A stretch of 64,000 nt of DNA from an uncultured Eubacteriales bacterium (GTDB lineage Bacteria; Bacillota; Clostridia; Oscillospirales; CAG-272), in NCBI GenBank assembly GCA_900547565.1, contig URHI01000001.1, positions 3,533-67,532 on the forward strand, given 5' to 3'. This document shows positions 35,039 to 43,705 of the stretch, in pieces. Both the position numbers and the translations under genes were made by a program. Within the stretch, counting starts at the first letter, position 1. The number at the start of each line of letters is the position of its first letter. The notes under the pieces are model-generated. The model saw only the letters and a list, made by a program, of their open reading frames with translations, ran no database searches and was not told the DNA's origin.

Positions 35039-37208
35039 TTGCTTCTCCTTCCGTCAGTGATTTTTTCATTCTGGCGATACGGTCGGTTATGATTTTGGGA
35101 ACCTCAACCTTAGGAGCATCGGGATGCAACAGCCATGTTGCCGCAGTATGAGTCGGGGACACCCGGAACATGGGAGGCTGCTTTTCAAAGTCTATCTTCA
35201 TAGCATACCTGTTTCGCTCTGCAAATGCGTCGCCCTCGGGAGGGTAGATCATATTTGGGGGTGTGCCGGGGATAGCATCCAGCTTTTCGTTTGTATCAAG
35301 GTCCGGCATGGAGGATAGCAGCGCCCAGGTGTAAGGGTGACGCGGATCGTAGAAAATATCCTCTGCAGTGCCATATTCCACAATTTTGCCTGCGTACATA
35401 ACAGCAATATTATCCGCCATGTTGGCCACAACACCCAGGTCATGCGTGATGAATATAACCGACAGGTTGCGCTCACGCTTGAGATTATTGATAAGCTCAA
35501 GAATTTGAGCCTGTATAGTAACATCCAATGCCGTTGTCGGCTCATCACAGATGAGGATATCTGGGTTGGCGGACAGCGCAATGGCAATGACTATACGCTG
35601 ACGCATACCGCCCGAGAACTCAAACGGATACTGATAGAAACGGATACGTGGCTCAGGTATGCCGACCTCCTCCATGAGCTTAATGGCCTTTTCCTTGGCC
35701 ATAGCCTTGGTGACCTTATACACCACCGCGGACGCTTTTTCCTTAAGATAGTCGATTAGCGCCACGGCTCGCTGCTGAACATCCTCAGTGCCTGACTCAA
35801 GATAATTCTTGTAATGTTTTTCAAGACGATCGATGATGTCTATGATGTTCTGTCTGAGCATATCAAGGTCGCACACAGACTTCGGAACGACCTTCCAGTC
35901 GACCTGCTTGCCGCGGGCTATCAGCGCATCGCGTTTTGCCGTCTGTCGTGCGAATCTTGCTTCCTCACGCGGGTTATTTGCCTTGTAGTAAAAATATTTG
36001 TCAATGGCATTATCCATACTGGAGCGGAAGGTATATGCTATGCTGTCCTTTACGGTTTCCAGACGATCGATGGAGGTTTCCACAACGTCAGCCAGCTCAC
36101 GGACCAACTTTTTTGCCTCTGCCTTGTCAAAATCTGCGCTGAACAAGCCTTTGATCTGATCAAGGCGCTCGACAACCGTCTCCTTACCTTTAGAGGCATG
36201 GTGTACAGAATACTCGATGCCGCATTTTTCATACTCTATGAACTCATCCATAAATTCGCGGTTAAGCAGTTCAAGTGCACGCGAATTAGCCTCGTCAGCC
36301 GGAACGACCGACAGATCATCGTCAGGATTTTTCATAGTCCAGTATCCGATACGGAAAAAGTTGGGACGTGTAGCCGTCAACAGCTTATCAAGCAGCTCCG
36401 ACACCGCATCAAGCGAAGAACGTATCTCGGCAGGCAGAACCAGCGGCTGATTTTTGGGACGGTTTTTGTCCTCCTTATAGTGGGACACCTGCGTTTTAAG
36501 TTGCTGAGTCAACCCCGTCAGCTCCTCGCCGTGACCTGCCAGCAGATATTTGTCGTTTATCTGTACCAGCTTGGCGCACAAGCTCTTGAGATTGGCGGCT
36601 ACGTCAAGATTTTGCTTACGCTCTATTAAGAACAGCAGCTCGGAAATTTCGCCCTGACATTCCTCGGCACGGTTTCTTGACTCATTGTATACGTTTTCCA
36701 GTTTGATAGCTTCAATATTGAATTTATCAAACGTGCTGATGAGACGTTCAGTCTCATCGGTAGGCTTACCGGATGCTATAATGCACTCCTTGAGCTTGGC
36801 CAGCATCGAATTGAACTCTGCTCTTGCCTCGCGGCGATTGACCTTGTTTTTAAGCAGCATGGCCTCGGTGATCTGCTTGCCGATCTTGACTATGGGGTTA
36901 AGGGAGGACAGCGGATCCTGGAATATCATGGATATTTTATCGCCCCTGATCTTGTACATATCCGTCTCCGGCAGCTTGAGCAGATCTTTGCCGTCGTAGA
37001 GGATTTCACCGCTCTCCACAATGGAGTTACCGGCCAGTATCCCCAGAATGGCCTTGGAGGTGACCGATTTACCCGAACCCGATTCTCCGACTATAGCCAG
37101 TGTTTTGCCGCGTTCGAGATCGAAGGATATGTCTCGCACCGCCTTAAGCGTTCCACCGGGGGTACGGAATGATATTGTCAGTCTTTTGACCTGAAGTATA
37201 TTATCCAT
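35025..37208 (-). CDS. oppD: Oligopeptide ABC transporter ATP-binding protein (OppD-like) with a ~360-aa insertion
   Basis: GESGSGKSVT, ISMIFQDPLSSLNP, then an insertion, then FSGGMRQRIVIAIAL, ICDEPTTALDVT and the C-terminal oligopeptide-type tail HPYTWALL. Confidence 0.85.
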   Translation of the reverse strand: MDNILQVKRLTISFRTPGGTLKAVRDISFDLERGKTLAIVGESGSGKSVTSKAILGILAGNSIVESGEILYDGKDLLKLPETDMYKIRGDKISMIFQDPLSSLNPIVKIGKQITEAMLLKNKVNRREARAEFNSMLAKLKECIIASGKPTDETERLISTFDKFNIEAIKLENVYNESRNRAEECQGEISELLFLIERKQNLDVAANLKSLCAKLVQINDKYLLAGHGEELTGLTQQLKTQVSHYKEDKNRPKNQPLVLPAEIRSSLDAVSELLDKLLTATRPNFFRIGYWTMKNPDDDLSVVPADEANSRALELLNREFMDEFIEYEKCGIEYSVHHASKGKETVVERLDQIKGLFSADFDKAEAKKLVRELADVVETSIDRLETVKDSIAYTFRSSMDNAIDKYFYYKANNPREEARFARQTAKRDALIARGKQVDWKVVPKSVCDLDMLRQNIIDIIDRLEKHYKNYLESGTEDVQQRAVALIDYLKEKASAVVYKVTKAMAKEKAIKLMEEVGIPEPRIRFYQYPFEFSGGMRQRIVIAIALSANPDILICDEPTTALDVTIQAQILELINNLKRERNLSVIFITHDLGVVANMADNIAVMYAGKIVEYGTAEDIFYDPRHPYTWALLSSMPDLDTNEKLDAIPGTPPNMIYPPEGDAFAERNRYAMKIDFEKQPPMFRVSPTHTAATWLLHPDAPKVEVPKIITDRIARMKKSLTEGEANEQQ

Positions 37209-37211
37209 ATC

Positions 37212-38786
37212 TTATTCCTCCACTCCGCGCAGTGACGGGTTGAACGCGTCACGCAGACCGTTGCCGAACAGGTTGAAGCTGATTTCCAGCAGTGAAATTA
37301 TGAGTGCCGGGAACAGCATAAGGTGTGGGTAATTTGTCCAGATACTGCTGGCATCGGACAGCAAGGTACCCAGTGAGGTTGTTGTCGAGCCGCCCAGCTT
37401 AATAATACCGAGGAAGCTCAACATACTCTCGCTGAAGATAACACCCGGGATAACCAACACAGATGACGTAATGATAGTACCCAGCGAGTTGGGGAATATA
37501 TGCTTCATAATAATACGTCTGTCGCTGGCTCCGAGCGTGCGGGCTGCCATGACGTATTCCGAATTTTTAAAGCGATAGAACTGCTTACGCACAAGTGCCG
37601 AGGTACCTATCCAGCCTGTCAGCACAAATGCAAACAGCAGACTCGGAATTGCGCCCACCTTTGCCGCCAGATGTATCTGGAACAGCGTTGCCACGACAAT
37701 GAACGGCACACCCGACAAAACATCGGATATACGGTCCAGAACAAGGTCAATGGTTCCGCCGTAATAGCCCTGGACTGCGCCGTAAACCGCACCTATCACA
37801 AAGTTGATGACTGATACGCATACCGACACCAGCAAGCTCAGTCGAACGCCGTTTGCAAGGCGGAGAGACATATCATAGCCCTGTGAATCTGTGCCGAAAA
37901 TGTACTCCGGCTCAAACCCGTTTTTGAACTGATAGTAGTTGTAGTACAGCACCCTTACCTTGTACATTGCTGTTTCGGTAGTACCTCCACCGGTATACTC
38001 GTAATATTTAAGGCTGCCGTCTGCGTTGCGCTTGTAGTTGTCTTCCAGTATCATGTTGTCGGACAACTTGATCTTTTTAACGCTGCCGTCCTCAAGAACC
38101 CGGACCGGCTCGTATTTGGAGTTGGCCTTGTACCAGTAATTTCCCTTTGTACTTGTGGGATCGGGGTTGTACTCGTTGATCTCAACCAGCGGATAGAGCA
38201 CGTGCTTGCCGGTCTGTTTTTCCCACTCGACAATACGATCGTATTCCTCTCGCTCAATGCTGAGATAGAGAAAACCCACCTCAAGATAAGTGTCTACTCT
38301 GACCTCATAACGCGACTGCGGGTTATTTGCATCACCGTTAAGTCCGTTATTTTTGATAACCGGCTGATATTCGCTGTCAAGCGACTCGGCAAGCGTAACG
38401 CCTTTGCCGTCGTAATCCAGCGCACCCATACCGATGGCGTATATTGAAATAAGCCCCTTTTCGGAAAACTTACGTTCAATTCCGCCGTCTGCCATACCGA
38501 TTTTTTTGAGTGTCAGGTTTCTCGGCCCCATCTTCTGATAGTAAGTATCCAAAAAAGTGGCGTCGTATTTGACAGTCAGCAACGGTGTCAGAAAGGCAAA
38601 CAGCACTATTATCAAAATGATGATCGCCGCTACGATTGATGCTTTGTTACGGCAAAAACGCATCCAGGCGTCTTTGAAATAACCTATAGGCTTGTCTACA
38701 AATTTATGGTCGGTTATGCGTTCGCCATGATTGGCAAACTCAAACTTCTCGCGGGGGATATTGACGTACTGATTGTTGTCCTGCAT
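37212..38786 (-). CDS. oppC: Oligopeptide ABC permease (OppC-like) with a ~200-aa extracytoplasmic insertion after TM1
   Basis: The C-terminal half is a typical BPD_transp_1 core. At 524 aa it is well above the usual ~300. Confidence 0.8.
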   Translation of the reverse strand: MQDNNQYVNIPREKFEFANHGERITDHKFVDKPIGYFKDAWMRFCRNKASIVAAIIILIIVLFAFLTPLLTVKYDATFLDTYYQKMGPRNLTLKKIGMADGGIERKFSEKGLISIYAIGMGALDYDGKGVTLAESLDSEYQPVIKNNGLNGDANNPQSRYEVRVDTYLEVGFLYLSIEREEYDRIVEWEKQTGKHVLYPLVEINEYNPDPTSTKGNYWYKANSKYEPVRVLEDGSVKKIKLSDNMILEDNYKRNADGSLKYYEYTGGGTTETAMYKVRVLYYNYYQFKNGFEPEYIFGTDSQGYDMSLRLANGVRLSLLVSVCVSVINFVIGAVYGAVQGYYGGTIDLVLDRISDVLSGVPFIVVATLFQIHLAAKVGAIPSLLFAFVLTGWIGTSALVRKQFYRFKNSEYVMAARTLGASDRRIIMKHIFPNSLGTIITSSVLVIPGVIFSESMLSFLGIIKLGGSTTTSLGTLLSDASSIWTNYPHLMLFPALIISLLEISFNLFGNGLRDAFNPSLRGVEE

Positions 38787-38787
38787 C

Positions 38788-39747
38788 TTACTTCTCCCCC
38801 ATTCTTATTCTCGGATCGATAAATCCGTAGCTGATGTCGACCACGATACCTGCCAGCAGACCGACAAAGGTATAGAACACGGTGTCCATCATAAATACAT
38901 CGTAGTCCAGCAGGTTAATTGATTTTATATAAAGCTGTCCCACTCCGGGTATGGAGAAAATCTCCTCGATTATCATCGAGCCACCAAGAATACCGATAAA
39001 GCTGGAGATAATCATAGGCAGAATCGGGACCATGGCGTTCTTAAGAGCATGGCGTGTGGTTGCCTGCGTACGCGTCAAACCCTTTGTACGAGCCAAAAGC
39101 ATGTAGTCAGATGTTAGTGTTTCGGTTAGTTCGGCACGGGTAAATCGGCATAGTCTCGCAATTTCCGCAAAGGAAAGTGCCAGAATAGCCGGGATCATAC
39201 TGTAAAACATTTTGCCGGTAAACCATGAGCCGCCCGCATCGGCAAGCGAATAAACAGTAAGCGGGAACAAATTCCATTTAAGATACAGAAAATACTGCAC
39301 CAAGAACGCATAAACATAACTCGGCACGGAAACAAACACCATAACCATGGTGCTGATAACATGATCCTGCCACTTGTTCTTTCTGATTGCAGCATAAATT
39401 CCGAAACCGATACCGAGCGGTATCGAAAACAGAAGTGAATAAAGATTGACCAGCACTGTAGGCAAAAGCCGGCTGGTAAGCACTTCCCAGGCGGGCGTGC
39501 GGAAAGATATGTTCCAAGAGGTACCGAAATCCCAGCTTGTAACTATGTTTTTGAGATAAATGCCATATTGTATAAGCAACGGCTTGTTGTAGCCGAGCGC
39601 TTCGAATCTTGCGAGGATAACTGCCCGCTGGTTTTTATCAATAGGCAGCTCACGCGGAAGAATTCTGATCAGCATAAAGCAGATCGTGGTTATCACGAAA
39701 AGTGTGAACAGCATCAACAGAACTCTTTTGATAACATATTTCGTCAT
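38788..39747 (-). CDS. oppB: Oligopeptide ABC permease (OppB-like)
   Basis: The N-terminus MTKYVIKRVLLMLFTLFVITTICFMLI and the EAA-like region LARTKGLTRTQATTRHALKNA are typical. Confidence 0.88.
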   Translation of the reverse strand: MTKYVIKRVLLMLFTLFVITTICFMLIRILPRELPIDKNQRAVILARFEALGYNKPLLIQYGIYLKNIVTSWDFGTSWNISFRTPAWEVLTSRLLPTVLVNLYSLLFSIPLGIGFGIYAAIRKNKWQDHVISTMVMVFVSVPSYVYAFLVQYFLYLKWNLFPLTVYSLADAGGSWFTGKMFYSMIPAILALSFAEIARLCRFTRAELTETLTSDYMLLARTKGLTRTQATTRHALKNAMVPILPMIISSFIGILGGSMIIEEIFSIPGVGQLYIKSINLLDYDVFMMDTVFYTFVGLLAGIVVDISYGFIDPRIRMGEK

Positions 39748-39811
39748 CGGTTATCTCCTTGATAATATCGGTTAACGCCCGAAGGGCTTTTTTACCCGCC
39801 GGGCGCATGCC

Positions 39812-39852
39812 GAAAAATCGTAGACAGGCGGAGGTAAATTAATACCTCCGCC
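39812..39852 (-). terminator. Intercistronic hairpin or partial terminator between oppA and oppB
   Basis: On the minus strand: ggcggaggta-ttaatt-tacctccgcc, followed by ...GATTTTT. Confidence 0.5.
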
Positions 39853-39891
39853 CACCCTCATAGGGATATTCAAATCCCGGTTGCTACGTTA

Positions 39892-42381
39892 TTATTCGTA
39901 GTTAAGAGTTCCGTTCTGGCTTGCAACGTACTCAGCCCATGCAGCGTCATCATAGTTGAAGCTCATCAGACGTAGGCCGCCGAAGTCATACATGATGTTG
40001 TAGTCCTCGGTGTAGTACTTAACCTGGTAGGAAAGCATGGAGCAAGCGGTGGTGCCGCAGAGCGGGATACGATAGTACAGCTTGAGGTACATTTCCTCGA
40101 GCTGAGCCGTGATGGACAACTTTACATCGAAGCCCGCATTAGCGTACTTACCGTTACCGATAAGGCAGTTAGACCACTCATAGCAAGTCATGGTAACATC
40201 CTCGCCTTTGACCTTGAGAGTCCATTTCGTCGAGGTGGGATCCCAGCAGGCAGCCTCATTGATGTCGTAAGTAACGGGATCCATGTAGACCTGGAAGTTA
40301 CGGAACGGGTAGAAGGCAGCGCCGCCCCATGCGCCGTAACCGATAGCGAACTCGCCCTTCGGAACATCGGCGTAACGGTCGGAAATATTGCCGATAGCCT
40401 CAAAGGTCACCTTGCCGAAGCCGGAGCCTTCGATAGCAGCGTTGACAAACTCGTTGAGCAGTGTGACCTGCTTCTGGTCAGCGGAATCAAGCGCACCCTT
40501 CTTCCAGCCTATACGGATCTTGATCTCTTCACCGGCTTTGTACAGACCGTCTTTAACAAGCTGTTCGCAAGCAGCCTTCATCAGAGCCTTTGCCTCAGTG
40601 AGGTTGTAACCGTTGATGGAATCATATGCTTCCTTAAGAGTAGCATAAGCCTTGCCTGCACCGTATTCAACACCGTAAAGGTTGCAGACAGCCTGCATAG
40701 CCTCGTCGGAGTTACGGTAAGAGGAGGTAGGATCGTTGTAAACATCGTAGAAGTACAGATTGTTCATCAGCGCATATGCGGGCTTGTAGCCGGCGGTAGC
40801 GGTGACGTACTTAGCTCTGTCGATACTGAGCGACATAGCCTTACGGAAATCTGTGCTGGAAAGAACAACAGAGTTGGTGTTGCCCTTGGAGGTATCCATA
40901 GCCTTGAGCGCTTCAACATTGGTGTTGAAGAAGAAGGACTGTGTATAGGTTTCGTCAACCTTGTACAGCTGGTCGGAGGTAGAGTAGGTCAACAGATCGT
41001 CGGCAGAAGGCGTCCACTCGGTCAGCTCGCCCTTCATGAAGGCCAGCTTAGCGGCCTCGTCCTTCATGACGTCAATGACTATCTTGGTTGCCTGATACTG
41101 CTGACGCTTTTCACCGTCAACCTCAAAGTTTGTGTAGGAAATGAGAGAGCCGTCTTTCTGCTTCTCAAAGCCGTACCAGTTTTCGTTCTGGACAAAGACC
41201 ATCTGCTTGTCTTTTTCAAGAGACTCAATCTTGTAGACGCCATAGGACATGGTAGTCTCGGGAGAAGTACCGTAGTTGGTGGTAACCAGCTCACCGGTCG
41301 TATCCTTGCCGGCCTCGTACAGATCCTTGTAAACAAGCCATGTGGAGGTGCAGGAGGTGAGGAAGTAGTTCAGCTCGATGCTGGTCTGGCAGACGTAACG
41401 AATGGTGTAGTCGTCAACCTTGTAGCAACCGACGTTGCCGTCGTACTCAACCTTTTCACCGACCTTGCCGGTATTTATAAACAGAGCTTCCTTAAGAACA
41501 TTCGCCTGCTCAGTTGCATCGGTAATACCGAACAGATTTGCCAGCAGGTCATTGACCAGCTTTATGGCAGTATCCTTGTTCTCGGCTGTGAGCTTGGTGT
41601 AGCCATAAACGTTGGCAGCATCACCGATAGCCTTGTAATCGGCATCGTCACCTACACCGTAGGTGGAGTGCAACTCGTTGAGGCTCATGCTGTAAAGAGT
41701 AATGTCAGAGCTGGACAGGTTGATATAGACCTCGCCCTTGGCGATACCGGCTTCGAGATCATAGGAGTAATCAGGTGTATCTTTTTCACCGTAAGCGGGA
41801 ACCATCGGCTCGTAAATAGGAGCCTCGGAGTTGTAGTATGCGAGACCGCCTGCAACGGCAGACTCACCGCCCCAATAGAGGTTCGAACGGTAGTTTCTCA
41901 TCTTGGAGTCGAGCAACTGCTGCATGGAGTAGATATAGTCGTCAGCGGTGATCTTGACGCCATTTTCCCACATTGCATTGGGATTCAGCTTGATTTCGAA
42001 AACATAACCGGAATCAACGGAATCAACAGTTACGCCCTCGGGAAGAGTGACCTTATACTTGGTCAGATCATCCTTGTGATCCTTGGTAACGTCGGTGATG
42101 GAGGTAGCCATCTCGTATACCCACTGATACACGCCGTTCTCAGAGTCCAGAATTGACATCGTGCAGAACGGGGATGAGAGGTAGCCGAGGATAGCATCAT
42201 CAGCATTGGTTTCCCAGGTGTGAGGGTTCCAGTTGTTACCCAGGGCAGTGGAATAAGATTTGTAAGTGTAGGATTTCGCGTTAGCCTTAGTGTTTTTGCA
42301 GCTGGAGAAAAGAACTGCCATAGACAACAGCATGCAAACGGCCAGAGCTATACTGAGAATCCTTCTCATTGTCTTACTCAT
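39892..42381 (-). CDS. oppA: Family-5 (OppA-like) solute-binding lipoprotein, unusually large (829 aa)
   Basis: The signal peptide ends in LFSSC. It is the first gene of the opp operon. RBS aaggag is present. The call rests mainly on SBP_bac_5-like context. Confidence 0.75.
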   Translation of the reverse strand: MSKTMRRILSIALAVCMLLSMAVLFSSCKNTKANAKSYTYKSYSTALGNNWNPHTWETNADDAILGYLSSPFCTMSILDSENGVYQWVYEMATSITDVTKDHKDDLTKYKVTLPEGVTVDSVDSGYVFEIKLNPNAMWENGVKITADDYIYSMQQLLDSKMRNYRSNLYWGGESAVAGGLAYYNSEAPIYEPMVPAYGEKDTPDYSYDLEAGIAKGEVYINLSSSDITLYSMSLNELHSTYGVGDDADYKAIGDAANVYGYTKLTAENKDTAIKLVNDLLANLFGITDATEQANVLKEALFINTGKVGEKVEYDGNVGCYKVDDYTIRYVCQTSIELNYFLTSCTSTWLVYKDLYEAGKDTTGELVTTNYGTSPETTMSYGVYKIESLEKDKQMVFVQNENWYGFEKQKDGSLISYTNFEVDGEKRQQYQATKIVIDVMKDEAAKLAFMKGELTEWTPSADDLLTYSTSDQLYKVDETYTQSFFFNTNVEALKAMDTSKGNTNSVVLSSTDFRKAMSLSIDRAKYVTATAGYKPAYALMNNLYFYDVYNDPTSSYRNSDEAMQAVCNLYGVEYGAGKAYATLKEAYDSINGYNLTEAKALMKAACEQLVKDGLYKAGEEIKIRIGWKKGALDSADQKQVTLLNEFVNAAIEGSGFGKVTFEAIGNISDRYADVPKGEFAIGYGAWGGAAFYPFRNFQVYMDPVTYDINEAACWDPTSTKWTLKVKGEDVTMTCYEWSNCLIGNGKYANAGFDVKLSITAQLEEMYLKLYYRIPLCGTTACSMLSYQVKYYTEDYNIMYDFGGLRLMSFNYDDAAWAEYVASQNGTLNYE

Positions 42382-42809
42382 GGTTTTGAAATCTCCTTAT
42401 TTAAAAATTTTGTAACTGAATCTAACACAGGCTGTACCCCGGCACGGAACAGGTATCACCGTTCACCCGAACGACACCGATAATTCACCTTATGTTTTGA
42501 TTATTATATCAAAATGTTAATAAGTTGTCAATACTTTATTTAAATTATAAACATATTTATCCAAATAAGAGCATATAAAATGATTTTTTATCAAACCAAA
42601 TTATCATTTTTAGATAAATAGTCAACAATGACAAGTAAAAATGGCGGCTGCACAGCCGTCGGCAACACAAATTCACACGCAGCATAAGGCGATTCGCCTT
42701 TCCCTCCGGCTCACAAAAGCCACCCCGGCATTGCACTGTATATGAGCTTATATATAATTAGGAAGGTATTTGATTCCCGGGCACATATTGCGTCCGAAAC
42801 AAGCCGCCA

Positions 42810-42865
42810 CCACAAGATATAGGCAAAAACGCACAAAAAGCGCCTACAACATCTATATATTGTGT
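42810..42865. promoter_or_regulatory. Two candidate NrdR boxes
   Basis: ccacaagatataggca (42810-42825) matches the remembered consensus acacwatatatwgtgt at 11 of 16 positions. catctatatattgtgt (42850-42865) matches at 13 of 16. The centres are 40 bp apart. Confidence 0.35.
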
Positions 42866-42890
42866 CGAAATTTCAAAAAAGGGGTTGCAT

Positions 42891-42932
42891 TGTGACTTTG
42901 TCACAGAAAAGCAAATTATCTGATGCTATAAT
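42891..42932 (+). promoter_or_regulatory. nrdGD promoter: perfect palindrome TGTGAC-ttt-GTCACA plus an extended -10
   Basis: The palindrome is at 42891-42905. TGcTATAAT is at 42924-42932. There is no good -35. The palindrome centre lies about 41 nt upstream of the predicted TSS. Confidence 0.5.
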
Positions 42933-42967
42933 GACACTGCTGAGCTATTTTAGGGGGAGGTGTGCCG

Positions 42968-43666
42968 ATGCAACATACAATAAACGGGCTGGCAAAGCTG
43001 ACACTGCTGGATTTCCCGGGCAAAACGGCTGCAACCGTCTTTCTTGCCGGTTGCAACTTCAGGTGCCCCTTCTGCCATAATGCACCTCTTGTGACCGAGC
43101 TTGAGGGTGCACAGCACATCGGATATGACGAGCTTGAAGCCTTTCTGAAAAAGCGGGCAGGACTGCTGGACGGCATTGCAATAACCGGCGGTGAGCCTAC
43201 GCTGCGTCCGGAGCTTGATGAGCTGCTGAGTCTCATAAAGCGCTACGGCTACGCCACAAAGCTGGACACCAACGGCACAGATCCCGTCCGCCTTGGCCGT
43301 CTGATTGACGACGGACTGCTGGATTACGTCGCCATGGACATAAAAAATTCGCCCGCGAAATATGCGCTCACGGCCGGACTTGCCGATATCGACATGGACG
43401 CCATAAACGAAAGTATATCGCTGTTGCGCGGCGGCAGCGTGGAGCACGAATTCCGCACAACTGTGGTGTGCGGCCTGCACACGCCTGACGACATGGAACA
43501 GATAGGGCGCTGGCTGAGCGGTGAAACACGGTATTTTCTGCAGAATTTTGTTGATTCGGGAGCGCTCATCGTGCCGGGCACCAAAGGCGTCTCTCACGAT
43601 GAAATGCGGAAGTATCTTGAGATAGTCCGCAGGTATATCCCAACTGCAGAATTGCGCGGAATGTGA
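42968..43666 (+). CDS. nrdG: Anaerobic ribonucleoside-triphosphate reductase activating protein (radical SAM)
   Basis: CNFRCPFCHN cluster motif followed by GIAITGGEPTL. RBS gggggagg lies 7 nt before the ATG at 42968. Confidence 0.88.
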   Translation: MQHTINGLAKLTLLDFPGKTAATVFLAGCNFRCPFCHNAPLVTELEGAQHIGYDELEAFLKKRAGLLDGIAITGGEPTLRPELDELLSLIKRYGYATKLDTNGTDPVRLGRLIDDGLLDYVAMDIKNSPAKYALTAGLADIDMDAINESISLLRGGSVEHEFRTTVVCGLHTPDDMEQIGRWLSGETRYFLQNFVDSGALIVPGTKGVSHDEMRKYLEIVRRYIPTAELRGM

Positions 43667-43705
43667 AAAAATTATTAATATAATGACATATCGGAGGAAA
43701 AACTA

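Noticed and set aside
35814-36629. 271-aa plus-strand ORF, along with other long ORFs at 34070..34723, 55615..56325, 5800..6441, 3881..4474, 41668..42156 and 42950..43597
   Set aside because: All lie antisense to genes with strong motif support (oppD, oppF, galE, the MBL lipoprotein, the TIM-barrel protein, oppA and nrdG). None has a recognisable motif or RBS.
42640-42800. Possible riboswitch (for example cobalamin) in the long oppA/nrdG intergenic region
   Set aside because: I found no B12-box-like core or other riboswitch signature that I recognise. The region lies upstream of the predicted nrd promoter and so is probably not part of the nrd transcript.
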